Positions 1 to 8,890 of a DNA stretch of 60,516 nt are shown in pieces (the stretch's first letter is position 1; each line of letters starts with the position of its first letter). A program made the translations under genes and the position numbers. The stretch is from Acidobacteriota bacterium. GTDB taxonomy: Bacteria > Acidobacteriota > Vicinamibacteria > Vicinamibacterales > UBA2999. The notes below the pieces were generated by a model. It was not told the DNA's origin and ran no database searches. It worked only from the letters and a program-made list of their open reading frames with translations. The DNA is taken from positions 1 through 60,516 of the forward strand of contig JAQBVV010000003.1 in the NCBI GenBank assembly GCA_027622905.1, written 5' to 3'.

Positions 1-2
1 TC

Positions 3-1049
3 ACTGCCGGGTCGTACTGGCTGTCGGACTCGATCGTTCCGCTGATGCTGCTCCAGCTCGCGTCAGGGGCTGGACTTGCTGTGGTCACCAGCCTGATCGC
101 AACCCGCCTGTTCGGGGGATGGAGGGCAGGTGCGGCGGCGGGGTTACTTGTCGCCCTTCACCCGGGTCTTGTCGTGTACAGCGCAACGAAGGCTCATCCG
201 TTGGCGTTCGATGCACTGTTCTTCTCGCTCGCGCTCCTGCAGTCGTACAGGCTTGTTGAGCAGACGACCATCCGACGCGCGGTGGAACTCGGCGTCATCG
301 TCGGAATCGGAACCCTGTCGCGGGCCACGATTGTCATCTTTCTGCCCATTGCTGGACTGTGGTCGCTCATGGTGACTCCTCGGCCGTCGTGGGGGCGTGC
401 GATACGCAACACCGTGGTTGCCGGCCTTTGTGCGGGTGCGATTGTGGCGCCGTGGACCATTCGGAATTCGCTTCTGCATCAACAGTTCGTGTTCCTGTTG
501 ACCACCGACAGCGATGACTTCTGGCGAGGAAATAATCGTTTCGCTACGGGGCACTCGTATTTCGACAGCGATCGTATCGTGCTGGACATGTTGACACCGG
601 AGGAACGGCAGGATCTCCTGCAGCGGCCGGACGAACTGGCGCAGCGCGAGTGGTTCTCGACGCATGCTCGAGCATTCATCTCGGCCAATCCAGAACGGTT
701 CGTTCACCTGACGTTGATGAAGTTCTTCTACTTCTGGTGGTTCGCGCCACAGACCGGTGTGCTGTACCCGCCAGTGTGGCGTCTGTTGTACCAGGCGTAC
801 TACGTTGGGGTGCTGATCTTCACGGTGGTGGGCGTCCGTCGGATCGCGCGCGAGGGCGGTCCTCCTCTTGCAAAGGCGGTCGTATTGGGCGCGTTTCTTC
901 TGTCGTTGTCCGCGCTTCAGAGTCTCTACTATGTCGAGGGACGTCATCGATGGGCGGTCGAGCCGATGTTGCTGGCGTTAGCTGGAGGTGGCGCGGCCTG
1001 TCTGGCGGAACGGGGTAGACATCAACCGTCACTTCGGTCGGTCCAGTGA
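3..1049 (+). CDS. ArnT/PMT-like (GT-C) membrane glycosyltransferase, 5'-truncated by window edge
   Basis: Frame is open from nt 3 (TAGSYWLSDSIVPLM...). Many hydrophobic helices, plus PWTIRN, WRGNN and RHRWAVEP segments typical of GT39/ArnT-like proteins. Confidence 0.7.
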   Translation, partial: TAGSYWLSDSIVPLMLLQLASGAGLAVVTSLIATRLFGGWRAGAAAGLLVALHPGLVVYSATKAHPLAFDALFFSLALLQSYRLVEQTTIRRAVELGVIVGIGTLSRATIVIFLPIAGLWSLMVTPRPSWGRAIRNTVVAGLCAGAIVAPWTIRNSLLHQQFVFLLTTDSDDFWRGNNRFATGHSYFDSDRIVLDMLTPEERQDLLQRPDELAQREWFSTHARAFISANPERFVHLTLMKFFYFWWFAPQTGVLYPPVWRLLYQAYYVGVLIFTVVGVRRIAREGGPPLAKAVVLGAFLLSLSALQSLYYVEGRHRWAVEPMLLALAGGGAACLAERGRHQPSLRSVQ

Positions 1050-1954
1050 CGGCTGGATTGCCCTTGCGTGACTCGCGCCGCGACGTTGTCCCAGCACCGC
1101 GACGATTCGGTTTACTGTCCTCGAGACTCGGTATCGCGCTCTACTTGCTGCTCCCGAATCACTGGGTGCAGAAGTGTCTGTCTCCTGAGGAGCAGGTGCT
1201 GATTCGAAAGGGCAATCAGCGTCACAACACACAGCGCCCAGACTACGCCGATCCAACCCAGTATCAGGGGGGGACTGGGTATGACTCATTGATAGACCCG
1301 CGACGAGAGCGTAGCCGTCGGCGACTGGTCGCTTTTCTCGACCGAGTCAGGCCAGCATCTGTCGTCGAGATAGGGCCAGGATCGGGGTATCTGACGAAGA
1401 CGATCGTTGAGCATCCGGCCGTTTGTCGCTATGTTGCTGTCGATGTCAACGAGGCATTTCTGTCGTACCTGGACCAGAGACTCGCCAGTGTGTCGAAGCC
1501 CGGATTCACCTACAGCCTTGTTACTGGAACTGTCGACGACCTCCCAGCAGATTGTGTTGACGCCGCGGTGATGTTGTCGGTGGTTCACCATATTCCTGGC
1601 AGGGAGAATCTGTTTCGTGAACTCGCCTTGCGGCTGAAGCGGCCGGGACATGTCCTTGCGATCGATCCGACGCACTATTTCTTGCGTTGGTACAAGCTCA
1701 TTCGAAAGATCTCACGGGGCGGGTACCTCAGTCACCATCTCGCCGAAGCCCAGCTTGGGAAACTGTCCACACACGCCATGTGTCAGCTTTCTAAATATCG
1801 TGCGGTGACGCAGAGCGCGGGGTTCGATATCGTTCGGGTCGAGTTTGATGATCACCCAAGGAAGGTACGCCGTCTGGCTGGGGCAGGGGTTCCGCTGGGT
1901 CCGCTCTGGCGGTGGACGTCCCAGGAAATGGCCATCGAATGTGTTCAGCACTAG
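1046..1954 (+). CDS. Class I SAM-dependent methyltransferase
   Basis: Motif I VVEIGPGSG, acidic VDVN, and later SVVHHIP and LKRPGHV segments. GTGA overlap with the upstream stop. Confidence 0.8.
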   Translation: MTAGLPLRDSRRDVVPAPRRFGLLSSRLGIALYLLLPNHWVQKCLSPEEQVLIRKGNQRHNTQRPDYADPTQYQGGTGYDSLIDPRRERSRRRLVAFLDRVRPASVVEIGPGSGYLTKTIVEHPAVCRYVAVDVNEAFLSYLDQRLASVSKPGFTYSLVTGTVDDLPADCVDAAVMLSVVHHIPGRENLFRELALRLKRPGHVLAIDPTHYFLRWYKLIRKISRGGYLSHHLAEAQLGKLSTHAMCQLSKYRAVTQSAGFDIVRVEFDDHPRKVRRLAGAGVPLGPLWRWTSQEMAIECVQH

Positions 1955-1966
1955 GTCTGGATTGGC

Positions 1967-3616
1967 GTGACTGAGGGGCCAGGCAGATGGGAGAGCTTCG
2001 TGGCTAGGAGGTCAGAGATTGACCACGATCGTCGTTGGCGGCTCAGCTATGCGGCGTCGCTGGCTGTCGGCTTCAGCACGCTGTACCTGTTGACACGGTC
2101 GACCTTTCTGACCGGAGGCACGGAGGCATGGATCAACTCTGCGCGCAACGGGAATCCGTCGGACATGCATTACGCGGAGCCAGCCCACTTCCTCCAGGTG
2201 GTCCTGTCGCGTCTGATTTGGGTCACAACCGATAAAATTGGCCTTCCCGTTTCACTGGAGAGTGTGGCGTTTAGCCTGTCACTGGCGGGGACAATAGCGG
2301 CGATCATCTTCTTCGGGCTTATCGCCGAGCAAGTGCTTCGGACGAGGGCGGCTGCGTGGCTGGCCGCGCTTCTCTTCGGCACATCTCACCTGGTCTGGAT
2401 TCAGTCGAATGGCGAACTGTCTGGGCTTGCCCACGGGTTCGTCACGGCGGCCCTTTTTCTGGCGTTGCGCGGATGGGTATTCTTGCCGGCGTTGCTGTGG
2501 GCGATGGCTGTTCTGGCTCACGCAGCATTCGCTCTGGTTACCCCGGCCTTCGTTCTGGCGGTCTGGATGGTTCGGCCGGCCGATGCCACGATCGCGAACA
2601 CAGCTCGCCGAGCCTCCACGTTGCTGCTGGTAGGCGGGAGCGTCACGATAGCTGTTCTACTGTGGGGTTCGTTTGAAATCGGGAAGTGGCACGATTCGGC
2701 GTCGCTCGCGCAGTATCTGATGGACACGAGCGAGTCGCGTGATGCCGACAGCTTCGAAGTTGTCCGCGCCGCCAAGGGTCTCCTCACCGCCTTCACAGTC
2801 GGTGGTCACTATTGGCGTGACATTCTGACCGGGCGTGGCTCCTTTTCCAATCCGTTCTTCATCCCCGCGTCCGGGCTGGCACTATTTGTTATCGGGATAT
2901 TGGGTGTCTGCATCGTTGCGTCGCTTCGGCGATTCGGTGTCGCGATGCTTGGCGTGGCGTGGTTTCTTCCTCCACACGTGCTCCTGAACTGGCAGTTTGC
3001 CCCGACTGTCGAAAAGCATCACGCGGCTGCGCTACCGGGATTGGTCCTGCTATTTACCGCGGGTCTCATCGTGCTCACCGAACGGATGTCACCGAGGGTT
3101 CGGTTCCGGACCTGCGCTGGCGTCGTTCTGGCCTGTGCCGGCCTCAGCTTCTTCGGCTCCATACTGCCCTTGCAGGCGGTTGGACGTGAGTCGGACGCCG
3201 CCCAACGGGCGATCCTGACACTGAACGACGAAAGATCTGGAAACGTCGCGTTTGTCAGCTGCGACGATACCAAGGCGGTGGCGCAGCCAGGGATCAGTTA
3301 TCTTCGGCTCAAGTCGATCTGGAGGGAGCCTCAGCGTGAGATGCAGGCGGCAATCCTGTCCTGGACGCGGGCGCGGATCGACGAGGGTGTGGACGTCTAC
3401 GTCCTCCTTCGTTGGTGCCGCCCGGATCAGTGGTCCACAGCGTGGTCCGAGGAGCCGTTCGATCTGCTGTTCCTTGAACGCGAATTCGCGCTCGTTCCAA
3501 CGTTGATCGCGAATGTTCCAGTGTTGCAGGGACCTGCGACGGATCCCTTCGCATGGACGACGGGTAGTGTTGCCCGAGTGGTTCCGAAAGCCCGTTCGAT
3601 GCCGGGCGCTCCGTGA
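1967..3616 (+). CDS. Polytopic membrane protein, probable GT-C-fold glycosyltransferase
   Basis: 549 aa with about 10 or more hydrophobic segments and a soluble C-terminal domain. Glycan-locus context. Confidence 0.55.
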   Translation: MTEGPGRWESFVARRSEIDHDRRWRLSYAASLAVGFSTLYLLTRSTFLTGGTEAWINSARNGNPSDMHYAEPAHFLQVVLSRLIWVTTDKIGLPVSLESVAFSLSLAGTIAAIIFFGLIAEQVLRTRAAAWLAALLFGTSHLVWIQSNGELSGLAHGFVTAALFLALRGWVFLPALLWAMAVLAHAAFALVTPAFVLAVWMVRPADATIANTARRASTLLLVGGSVTIAVLLWGSFEIGKWHDSASLAQYLMDTSESRDADSFEVVRAAKGLLTAFTVGGHYWRDILTGRGSFSNPFFIPASGLALFVIGILGVCIVASLRRFGVAMLGVAWFLPPHVLLNWQFAPTVEKHHAAALPGLVLLFTAGLIVLTERMSPRVRFRTCAGVVLACAGLSFFGSILPLQAVGRESDAAQRAILTLNDERSGNVAFVSCDDTKAVAQPGISYLRLKSIWREPQREMQAAILSWTRARIDEGVDVYVLLRWCRPDQWSTAWSEEPFDLLFLEREFALVPTLIANVPVLQGPATDPFAWTTGSVARVVPKARSMPGAP

Positions 3617-4788
3617 GACCTGGCGTCCTGCTCGTGACGGGGGCCTACTACCCCGAGCTGAGCGGGGCTGGGCTGCAGACGCGATCTCTCATCACGCGTC
3701 TGTGCGACCAGGTGCGATTCACCGTACTGACCACGACGGCCGATCGGTCCCTGCCATCTGCCGATAGGCGAGACGGCATCGAGGTACACCGGGTATTCGT
3801 AGATCCGCGCAGCCGGTGGTCGAAGGTTGTCGGGGCAGTACGCTTCACGCTTAGGTACCTTCGCCTGTCATCGCGATTTTCCGTCGTGCACCTCGTGGGG
3901 TTTTCGCAGAAGTCGATTCTGTTCGTCGTTCTCGCACGCCTGTCGCGCAAGAAGATCGCCATCAAGCTGACCTCGTTTGGACACGACGATCCGATCTCGA
4001 TGCGTCGACGCGGTGGAGTTGCGGCGGCCTGTTACCGGAGCGCCGACCTGTATCTCGCGGTGAGCCCCGCCTTCGCACCCGCATATGAAGCGGAAGCGTT
4101 GCCGCGCGATCGGTTTCGCTTAATGCCGAACGGTGTTGATATTGAACGTTTCAGGCCAGCCACCGCCGATGAGCGTGGTGCAGTCCGTCGTTCGATGGAG
4201 ATCTCCGCGACGAGCTTTGTTGTGTTGTTCGTTGGGTTCTTCTCGCGAGAGAAGCGTCCGGATGTGCTGTTCGACGCGTGGGCCAGACTCGCGATCGAGC
4301 CTGGTGCTGATTCGGTCCTGGTCTTCGTCGGTGCGACTCGCTCCGCCTATCACGAGGTCGACCAGTACCTTGCCGATGAGATTCGAGCGAGAGCGACGGC
4401 GAGCGGCGTTGCGAACCGACTGCGTTTTGTCGAGGAGACTCGTCACATTGAGGCGTTTCATCGCATGGCCGACGTATTCGTACTGCCATCCGTGCGGGAA
4501 GGAATGTCGAACGCGCTTCTCGAGGCGATGGCGTGTGGCGTGCCGAGCATCGCCACTCGTATCGAAGGTGTGACGGACGTCGTCATCGAGGACGGTGTGA
4601 CTGGCCTATTGGTGCCACCGGACGATGTCGAGGCGCTGGAGCGTGGTCTGCAGCGCATTGCTCTGGATCGGCCATGGGCTGCACGTCTGGGTCAAGAGGC
4701 TCGTCGTGCCGTGGAGACTCGGTTCAGCCTCGAGCAGTCGGCCCAGCGGCATCTGGACGCCTATCGGTGTCTGGCGGGTACGGCTTGA
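3613..4788 (+). CDS. GT4 family glycosyltransferase
   Basis: PNGVD and REKR segments, and the FVLPSVREGMSNALLEAMACGVP (Ex7E) signature. Confidence 0.9.
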   Translation: MRPGVLLVTGAYYPELSGAGLQTRSLITRLCDQVRFTVLTTTADRSLPSADRRDGIEVHRVFVDPRSRWSKVVGAVRFTLRYLRLSSRFSVVHLVGFSQKSILFVVLARLSRKKIAIKLTSFGHDDPISMRRRGGVAAACYRSADLYLAVSPAFAPAYEAEALPRDRFRLMPNGVDIERFRPATADERGAVRRSMEISATSFVVLFVGFFSREKRPDVLFDAWARLAIEPGADSVLVFVGATRSAYHEVDQYLADEIRARATASGVANRLRFVEETRHIEAFHRMADVFVLPSVREGMSNALLEAMACGVPSIATRIEGVTDVVIEDGVTGLLVPPDDVEALERGLQRIALDRPWAARLGQEARRAVETRFSLEQSAQRHLDAYRCLAGTA

Positions 4789-4950
4789 GCAGTCCTGCCG
4801 CCACGCTGGTGAAGCAGAGGGTATCTGCTGATCGGCACAGCGATGTTGAGGGTGGCTCGTGCATTCCGCGTCAGGGCCCTCGGAACGCCACACCGCCGGA
4901 GACGTTCTGCATGTCTGCGGCGCCAAGACGCGACGTGGAGAGCACCTGAA

Positions 4951-6831
4951 GTGTGCGGCATCGCTGGCATCATGCATTTCGATGGGGCACCGGTTCCGGT
5001 GGGTCTGGCGGACCAGATGGGTGCTGCGCTTCGTCACCGGGGGCCAGACGATGGCGGCGTGGTGTCCCTTCCGACCGGCGATGCAGGTGGGGACGCTCGC
5101 GCCAGGGGAGCCCTGGTCAGCCGTCGGCTCAGCATCATCGATGTCGAGGGCGGGCACCAGCCCATATCGAACGAGGACGGCACGGTATGGACCGTGCTGA
5201 ACGGGGAGATATACAACTTCGCCGAGCTACGAACGCGGCTTGAAGGATTCGGTCATCGGTTCTCCACGCGTTCGGACACCGAGGTCATTGTTCATGCCTA
5301 CGAGCAGTGGGGCGACGAGTGTCTCAAGCACCTCGATGGCATGTTCGCTCTGGCGTTGTGGGATGCGCGGGCGGAGCGATTGCTCCTGGCCCGCGACCGA
5401 TTCGGGAAGAAACCGCTGCTGTACTTTGACGACGGGGCACGGATCGCGTTCGCGTCGGAGTTTCAGTCGCTCTTGTGCGTGCCGGATGTGCCTCGCGATA
5501 TCGACACCGATGCCTTGGGCAGCTATCTGGCGTACATGGCAGTCCCTGCGCCTCGGACGATCTACGCGCGTGTCAGGAAGGTACCGCCGGCGCACGCGGT
5601 AACTCGAGACCGTGCCGGGCTTGGTGTGCAGCGGTACTGGACCCTTGCGTTTCAACCCAAGATACAGATCGGAGAGGATGCGGCTGTCGAGCAGGTGCAG
5701 TATTTGCTGCGGGCGGCCGTCCGCAAGCGCCTTGTGGGTGAGGTCCCTCTCGGGGCGTTCTTGAGCGGTGGTGTGGACTCGAGCGCGGTGGTCGCCATGA
5801 TGGCCGATGCTGCGAGCCAGCCCGTCAAGACGTTTTCCATAGGATTCGAACACCGCGAATACGACGAGTTGCCACACGCCCGGCGCGCCGCTGAGGCGTT
5901 CGGATGCGAGCACCACGAGTTCATCGTGACCCCGTCCATGGTCGATATCCTGCCGGAGATGGTGCGCCATTTCGGCGAACCCTTTGCTGATTCTTCCGCA
6001 GTGCCATCGTGGTATCTGGCTCGACTGACACGGGCTCACGTGACGGTGGCGTTGAGCGGGGACGGCGGTGACGAGGTGTTTGCGGGATACGGGAGGCATC
6101 TGGCAAACGATCTGGCGGAACGGTGGCAGGGAGTGCCTGGTCCGGTTCGGCGTTCCGCAGAGCGAGTAGCGCGGAGTCGACTGCTCGCCGACCTGGGTGG
6201 ATCGCGACTGGCCAGGTTTGCGGGGGCCGCTGCGAGTTCTCGCGCAGCGCGGTACCGCTTGTGGGCCGGCGTGTTCAGCGGCGACATGGTGCGTGAGCTG
6301 TCAGATCTCGTGCCCGCACACGAGAGCACGGTGCCCGCAGAGTTCGAGCGCGCCAGTGGGTTGGATGCGGTCGACGCCGTGCTCGCTGTGGATTCCCGCC
6401 TCTATCTGCCTTCCGACTTGCTGGTGAAGGTGGATATTTCCAGCATGGCGCACTCGCTGGAGGTGCGTTCGCCGTTCCTCGATACTGCACTTGCTGAGTT
6501 CGTGGCGTCGCTCCCGAGTGGAATGAAGCTCCATCGGTTGACGACGAAGCATCTGTTGAAAAGGGCCGTCGCAGGTCGTGTGCCGCCTCAGAACCTGAGG
6601 CGTGCGAAGCGTGGTTTCGCGGTGCCCATCGGAGACTGGATGCGTGACGATCTCCGGTCCTTTCTGTGCGACCATTTGCAGCCATCCCGGATGTCCAAGG
6701 CTGGAATCGTTCGCCAGTCAGCGATCGACCGCCTGATTGGAGAGCATCTGTCCCGTCGAGCCGACCATGCCCATCATTTATGGGTTCTGCTCATGCTCGA
6801 GGTGTGGTGGAGAACCTGTCTGACAGCATGA
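4951..6831 (+). CDS. asnB: Asparagine synthase (glutamine-hydrolysing)-type amidotransferase, glycan-associated
   Basis: GTG start at 4951 gives N-terminal (M)CGIAG, placing the Ntn Cys. Also HRGPD, NGEIYNF, LSGGVDSS and GDGGDEVFAGY. Confidence 0.92.
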   Translation: MCGIAGIMHFDGAPVPVGLADQMGAALRHRGPDDGGVVSLPTGDAGGDARARGALVSRRLSIIDVEGGHQPISNEDGTVWTVLNGEIYNFAELRTRLEGFGHRFSTRSDTEVIVHAYEQWGDECLKHLDGMFALALWDARAERLLLARDRFGKKPLLYFDDGARIAFASEFQSLLCVPDVPRDIDTDALGSYLAYMAVPAPRTIYARVRKVPPAHAVTRDRAGLGVQRYWTLAFQPKIQIGEDAAVEQVQYLLRAAVRKRLVGEVPLGAFLSGGVDSSAVVAMMADAASQPVKTFSIGFEHREYDELPHARRAAEAFGCEHHEFIVTPSMVDILPEMVRHFGEPFADSSAVPSWYLARLTRAHVTVALSGDGGDEVFAGYGRHLANDLAERWQGVPGPVRRSAERVARSRLLADLGGSRLARFAGAAASSRAARYRLWAGVFSGDMVRELSDLVPAHESTVPAEFERASGLDAVDAVLAVDSRLYLPSDLLVKVDISSMAHSLEVRSPFLDTALAEFVASLPSGMKLHRLTTKHLLKRAVAGRVPPQNLRRAKRGFAVPIGDWMRDDLRSFLCDHLQPSRMSKAGIVRQSAIDRLIGEHLSRRADHAHHLWVLLMLEVWWRTCLTA

Positions 6832-8684
6832 ACGAGCCCACTGTGCCCAGAAAACGAGACATTATCTGCTTCTCGTCTATCGACTGGCAGTTCATCTGGC
6901 AGGGTCATCAGGAAATCATGTCGACCCTGGCCGCGAATGGTCATCGCGTGCTGTTTGTCGAGAATACTGGCGTCCGAGCGCCGTCGATCCGCGATCTGCC
7001 GCGTGTCCGTCAGCGGATTGTGAACTGGTGGCGGGGTACCAAGGGATTTCGGCGCGAAGGCGACAACCTCTCCGTGTACTCCCCGCTGCTGTTGCCGTTC
7101 CCGTACTCGTCGATCGTGCTTCGGCTCAACCGTGTCCTGTTTGTGCGCGCCCTCCGTCGATGGATGCGAGCAGCCAATTTCGGGAGGCCTATCGTCTGGA
7201 CCTTTCTGCCAACGCCGCTCGTGCGTGAGGTCATACCGCGGCTGGACCCGCTTGTCTCGGTCTACTACTGCATTGACGATTTCGCGTCGAGTTCATCTGG
7301 CGCCCGCCGAATCGTCGCATCGGAAGAGCAGCTCTTCAGAGAAGCGGATCTCGTCTTCGTTACGTCTGAGAAGCTGCGCGAACGGGCGACGAAATTCAGT
7401 GGCCAGGTACACCTGTTTCCGTTCGGTGTCAGCTTCAAGAAGTTTGAGCAGGCCAGGCTGGCGTCCGTGCCGCTCCCGGAGGAGCTGGTTGGGCTTCCTG
7501 GGCCAGTGGTCGGCTACGTTGGAGGCATTCACCAGTGGGTTGATGTGGAACTGCTGAGCGAGACGGCCAGGGGGATGCCCGGAGTGTCGTTCGTGCTGGT
7601 CGGTCCGATGCAGATCGACGGCGATCCGTTCGTGGACCTCCCGAACGTGCACGTACTCGGCAAACGTCCGCACGATGAGATACCCCGCTACATCAAGGGC
7701 TTTCGTGCCGCCATCATTCCCTACACGCTGAGCGACTACACCGCCAATGTGTATCCGACGAAGCTCAACGAGTACCTGGCGATGGGCGTCCCGGTCGTGA
7801 CGACGGATCTTCCCGAAATTCGTCGCTTCAATGCTGAGCACGGGCCCCATGTCCTCATTGCGAAGGGTACCGACCAGTTCGTGGCGGCTCTCAGAAGCGT
7901 GTTGGATAGGCCGCCGGAGGAGGGCCGTACTCAGCGGATTGCGATCGCGCATAAGAATAGCTGGAACTCTCGCATCGTCACGATGTCGGCATTGGTGGAA
8001 CAGGTGGCGGAATCGAAACTCGGGGAGCGCGAAGCATGGGAAATCAGGCTGCGGCGAATCTATCGGCGCGCTCGCGGTCGGGTGGCAGCGTTCGTGGTCA
8101 CACTCGCGGTCGTGTACGGAGCGCTGTTCGAGACGTCATTGCCATGGATGCTGGCGGAACCCCTTCGCATGCGCGGTGTCCCGGGACCGGCGGACGCGAT
8201 CGTCGTGTTCGCGGGTGGTGTTGGCGAATCCGGGCAGGCTGGCGGCGGATACCAGGAGCGAGTCCTAACGGCAGTCGAGCTGTATCACGAGGGATTTGCA
8301 CCGAGGTTGATCCTGGTATCCGGGTATGTGTTCGCGTTTCGAGAGGCTGAAGTCATGAGGGATCTTGCCGTGTCGCTCGGGGTACCGCCAACTGCTATCG
8401 TGCTCGAGGCGAATGCGGGCAGTACCATCGACTACGTGCGACATACCCATGACATCCTCAACGAGGAGGAGTGGCATCGAATTCTTCTGGTCAGTTCGCC
8501 CTACCACATGCGTCGCGCGATGCTGGTGTGGGCCACGCAGGCTCCGGAGGTCGAAGTGGTGCCGACGCCTGTGTCGGAGAGCCAGTTCTATGCCCACGGG
8601 CGTGGTGCGAGTCTTACGCAACTGCAAGGTCTTGTTCGAGAGTACCTTGCGATCGGCTACTACCGATTCAGGGGTTGGCTCTGA
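6828..8684 (+). CDS. GT-B glycosyltransferase (TuaH-like) fused via a TM helix to a DUF218/YdcF (ElyC/SanA-like) domain
   Basis: ATG 6828 overlaps the asnB stop. N-terminal part has SIDW..GHQ, YYCIDDF and PTKLNEYLAMGVPVV. C-terminal part has ADAIVVFAGG, EAEVM, ST and LVSSPYHMRRA. Confidence 0.8.
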   Translation: MNEPTVPRKRDIICFSSIDWQFIWQGHQEIMSTLAANGHRVLFVENTGVRAPSIRDLPRVRQRIVNWWRGTKGFRREGDNLSVYSPLLLPFPYSSIVLRLNRVLFVRALRRWMRAANFGRPIVWTFLPTPLVREVIPRLDPLVSVYYCIDDFASSSSGARRIVASEEQLFREADLVFVTSEKLRERATKFSGQVHLFPFGVSFKKFEQARLASVPLPEELVGLPGPVVGYVGGIHQWVDVELLSETARGMPGVSFVLVGPMQIDGDPFVDLPNVHVLGKRPHDEIPRYIKGFRAAIIPYTLSDYTANVYPTKLNEYLAMGVPVVTTDLPEIRRFNAEHGPHVLIAKGTDQFVAALRSVLDRPPEEGRTQRIAIAHKNSWNSRIVTMSALVEQVAESKLGEREAWEIRLRRIYRRARGRVAAFVVTLAVVYGALFETSLPWMLAEPLRMRGVPGPADAIVVFAGGVGESGQAGGGYQERVLTAVELYHEGFAPRLILVSGYVFAFREAEVMRDLAVSLGVPPTAIVLEANAGSTIDYVRHTHDILNEEEWHRILLVSSPYHMRRAMLVWATQAPEVEVVPTPVSESQFYAHGRGASLTQLQGLVREYLAIGYYRFRGWL

Positions 8685-8890
8685 TTCGGTCGGGAATGCG
8701 CTACCCGGGCTCTCCCGGTCAAGACGACATCCGCGCAAGTGCGGCGTCAGGCGGAACCCAGGCAAGGTCATGACGGCCCTGGTTGTATCTTTCGGAGGGA
8801 CTATCGCGGCGTCAGCTCTCGTCCCTGTTCGAGCCGTCTCTCTCACGTGTGCCGCCCCACCGTCGTGCGGAAGCAACTAGGACTATTGAG

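Noticed and set aside
4843-4950. ORF-track N-terminal extensions (asnB 4843 and 8783, 6666, 22318, 32194, 37963, 46209, 53198, 56533, 59001)
   Set aside because: Conserved N-termini and stop/start overlaps point to downstream starts.
8685-8890. Possible structured RNA (SRP- or riboswitch-like) before the second asnB
   Set aside because: It lacks the SRP core or any aptamer consensus I recognise. An Rfam search would settle it.
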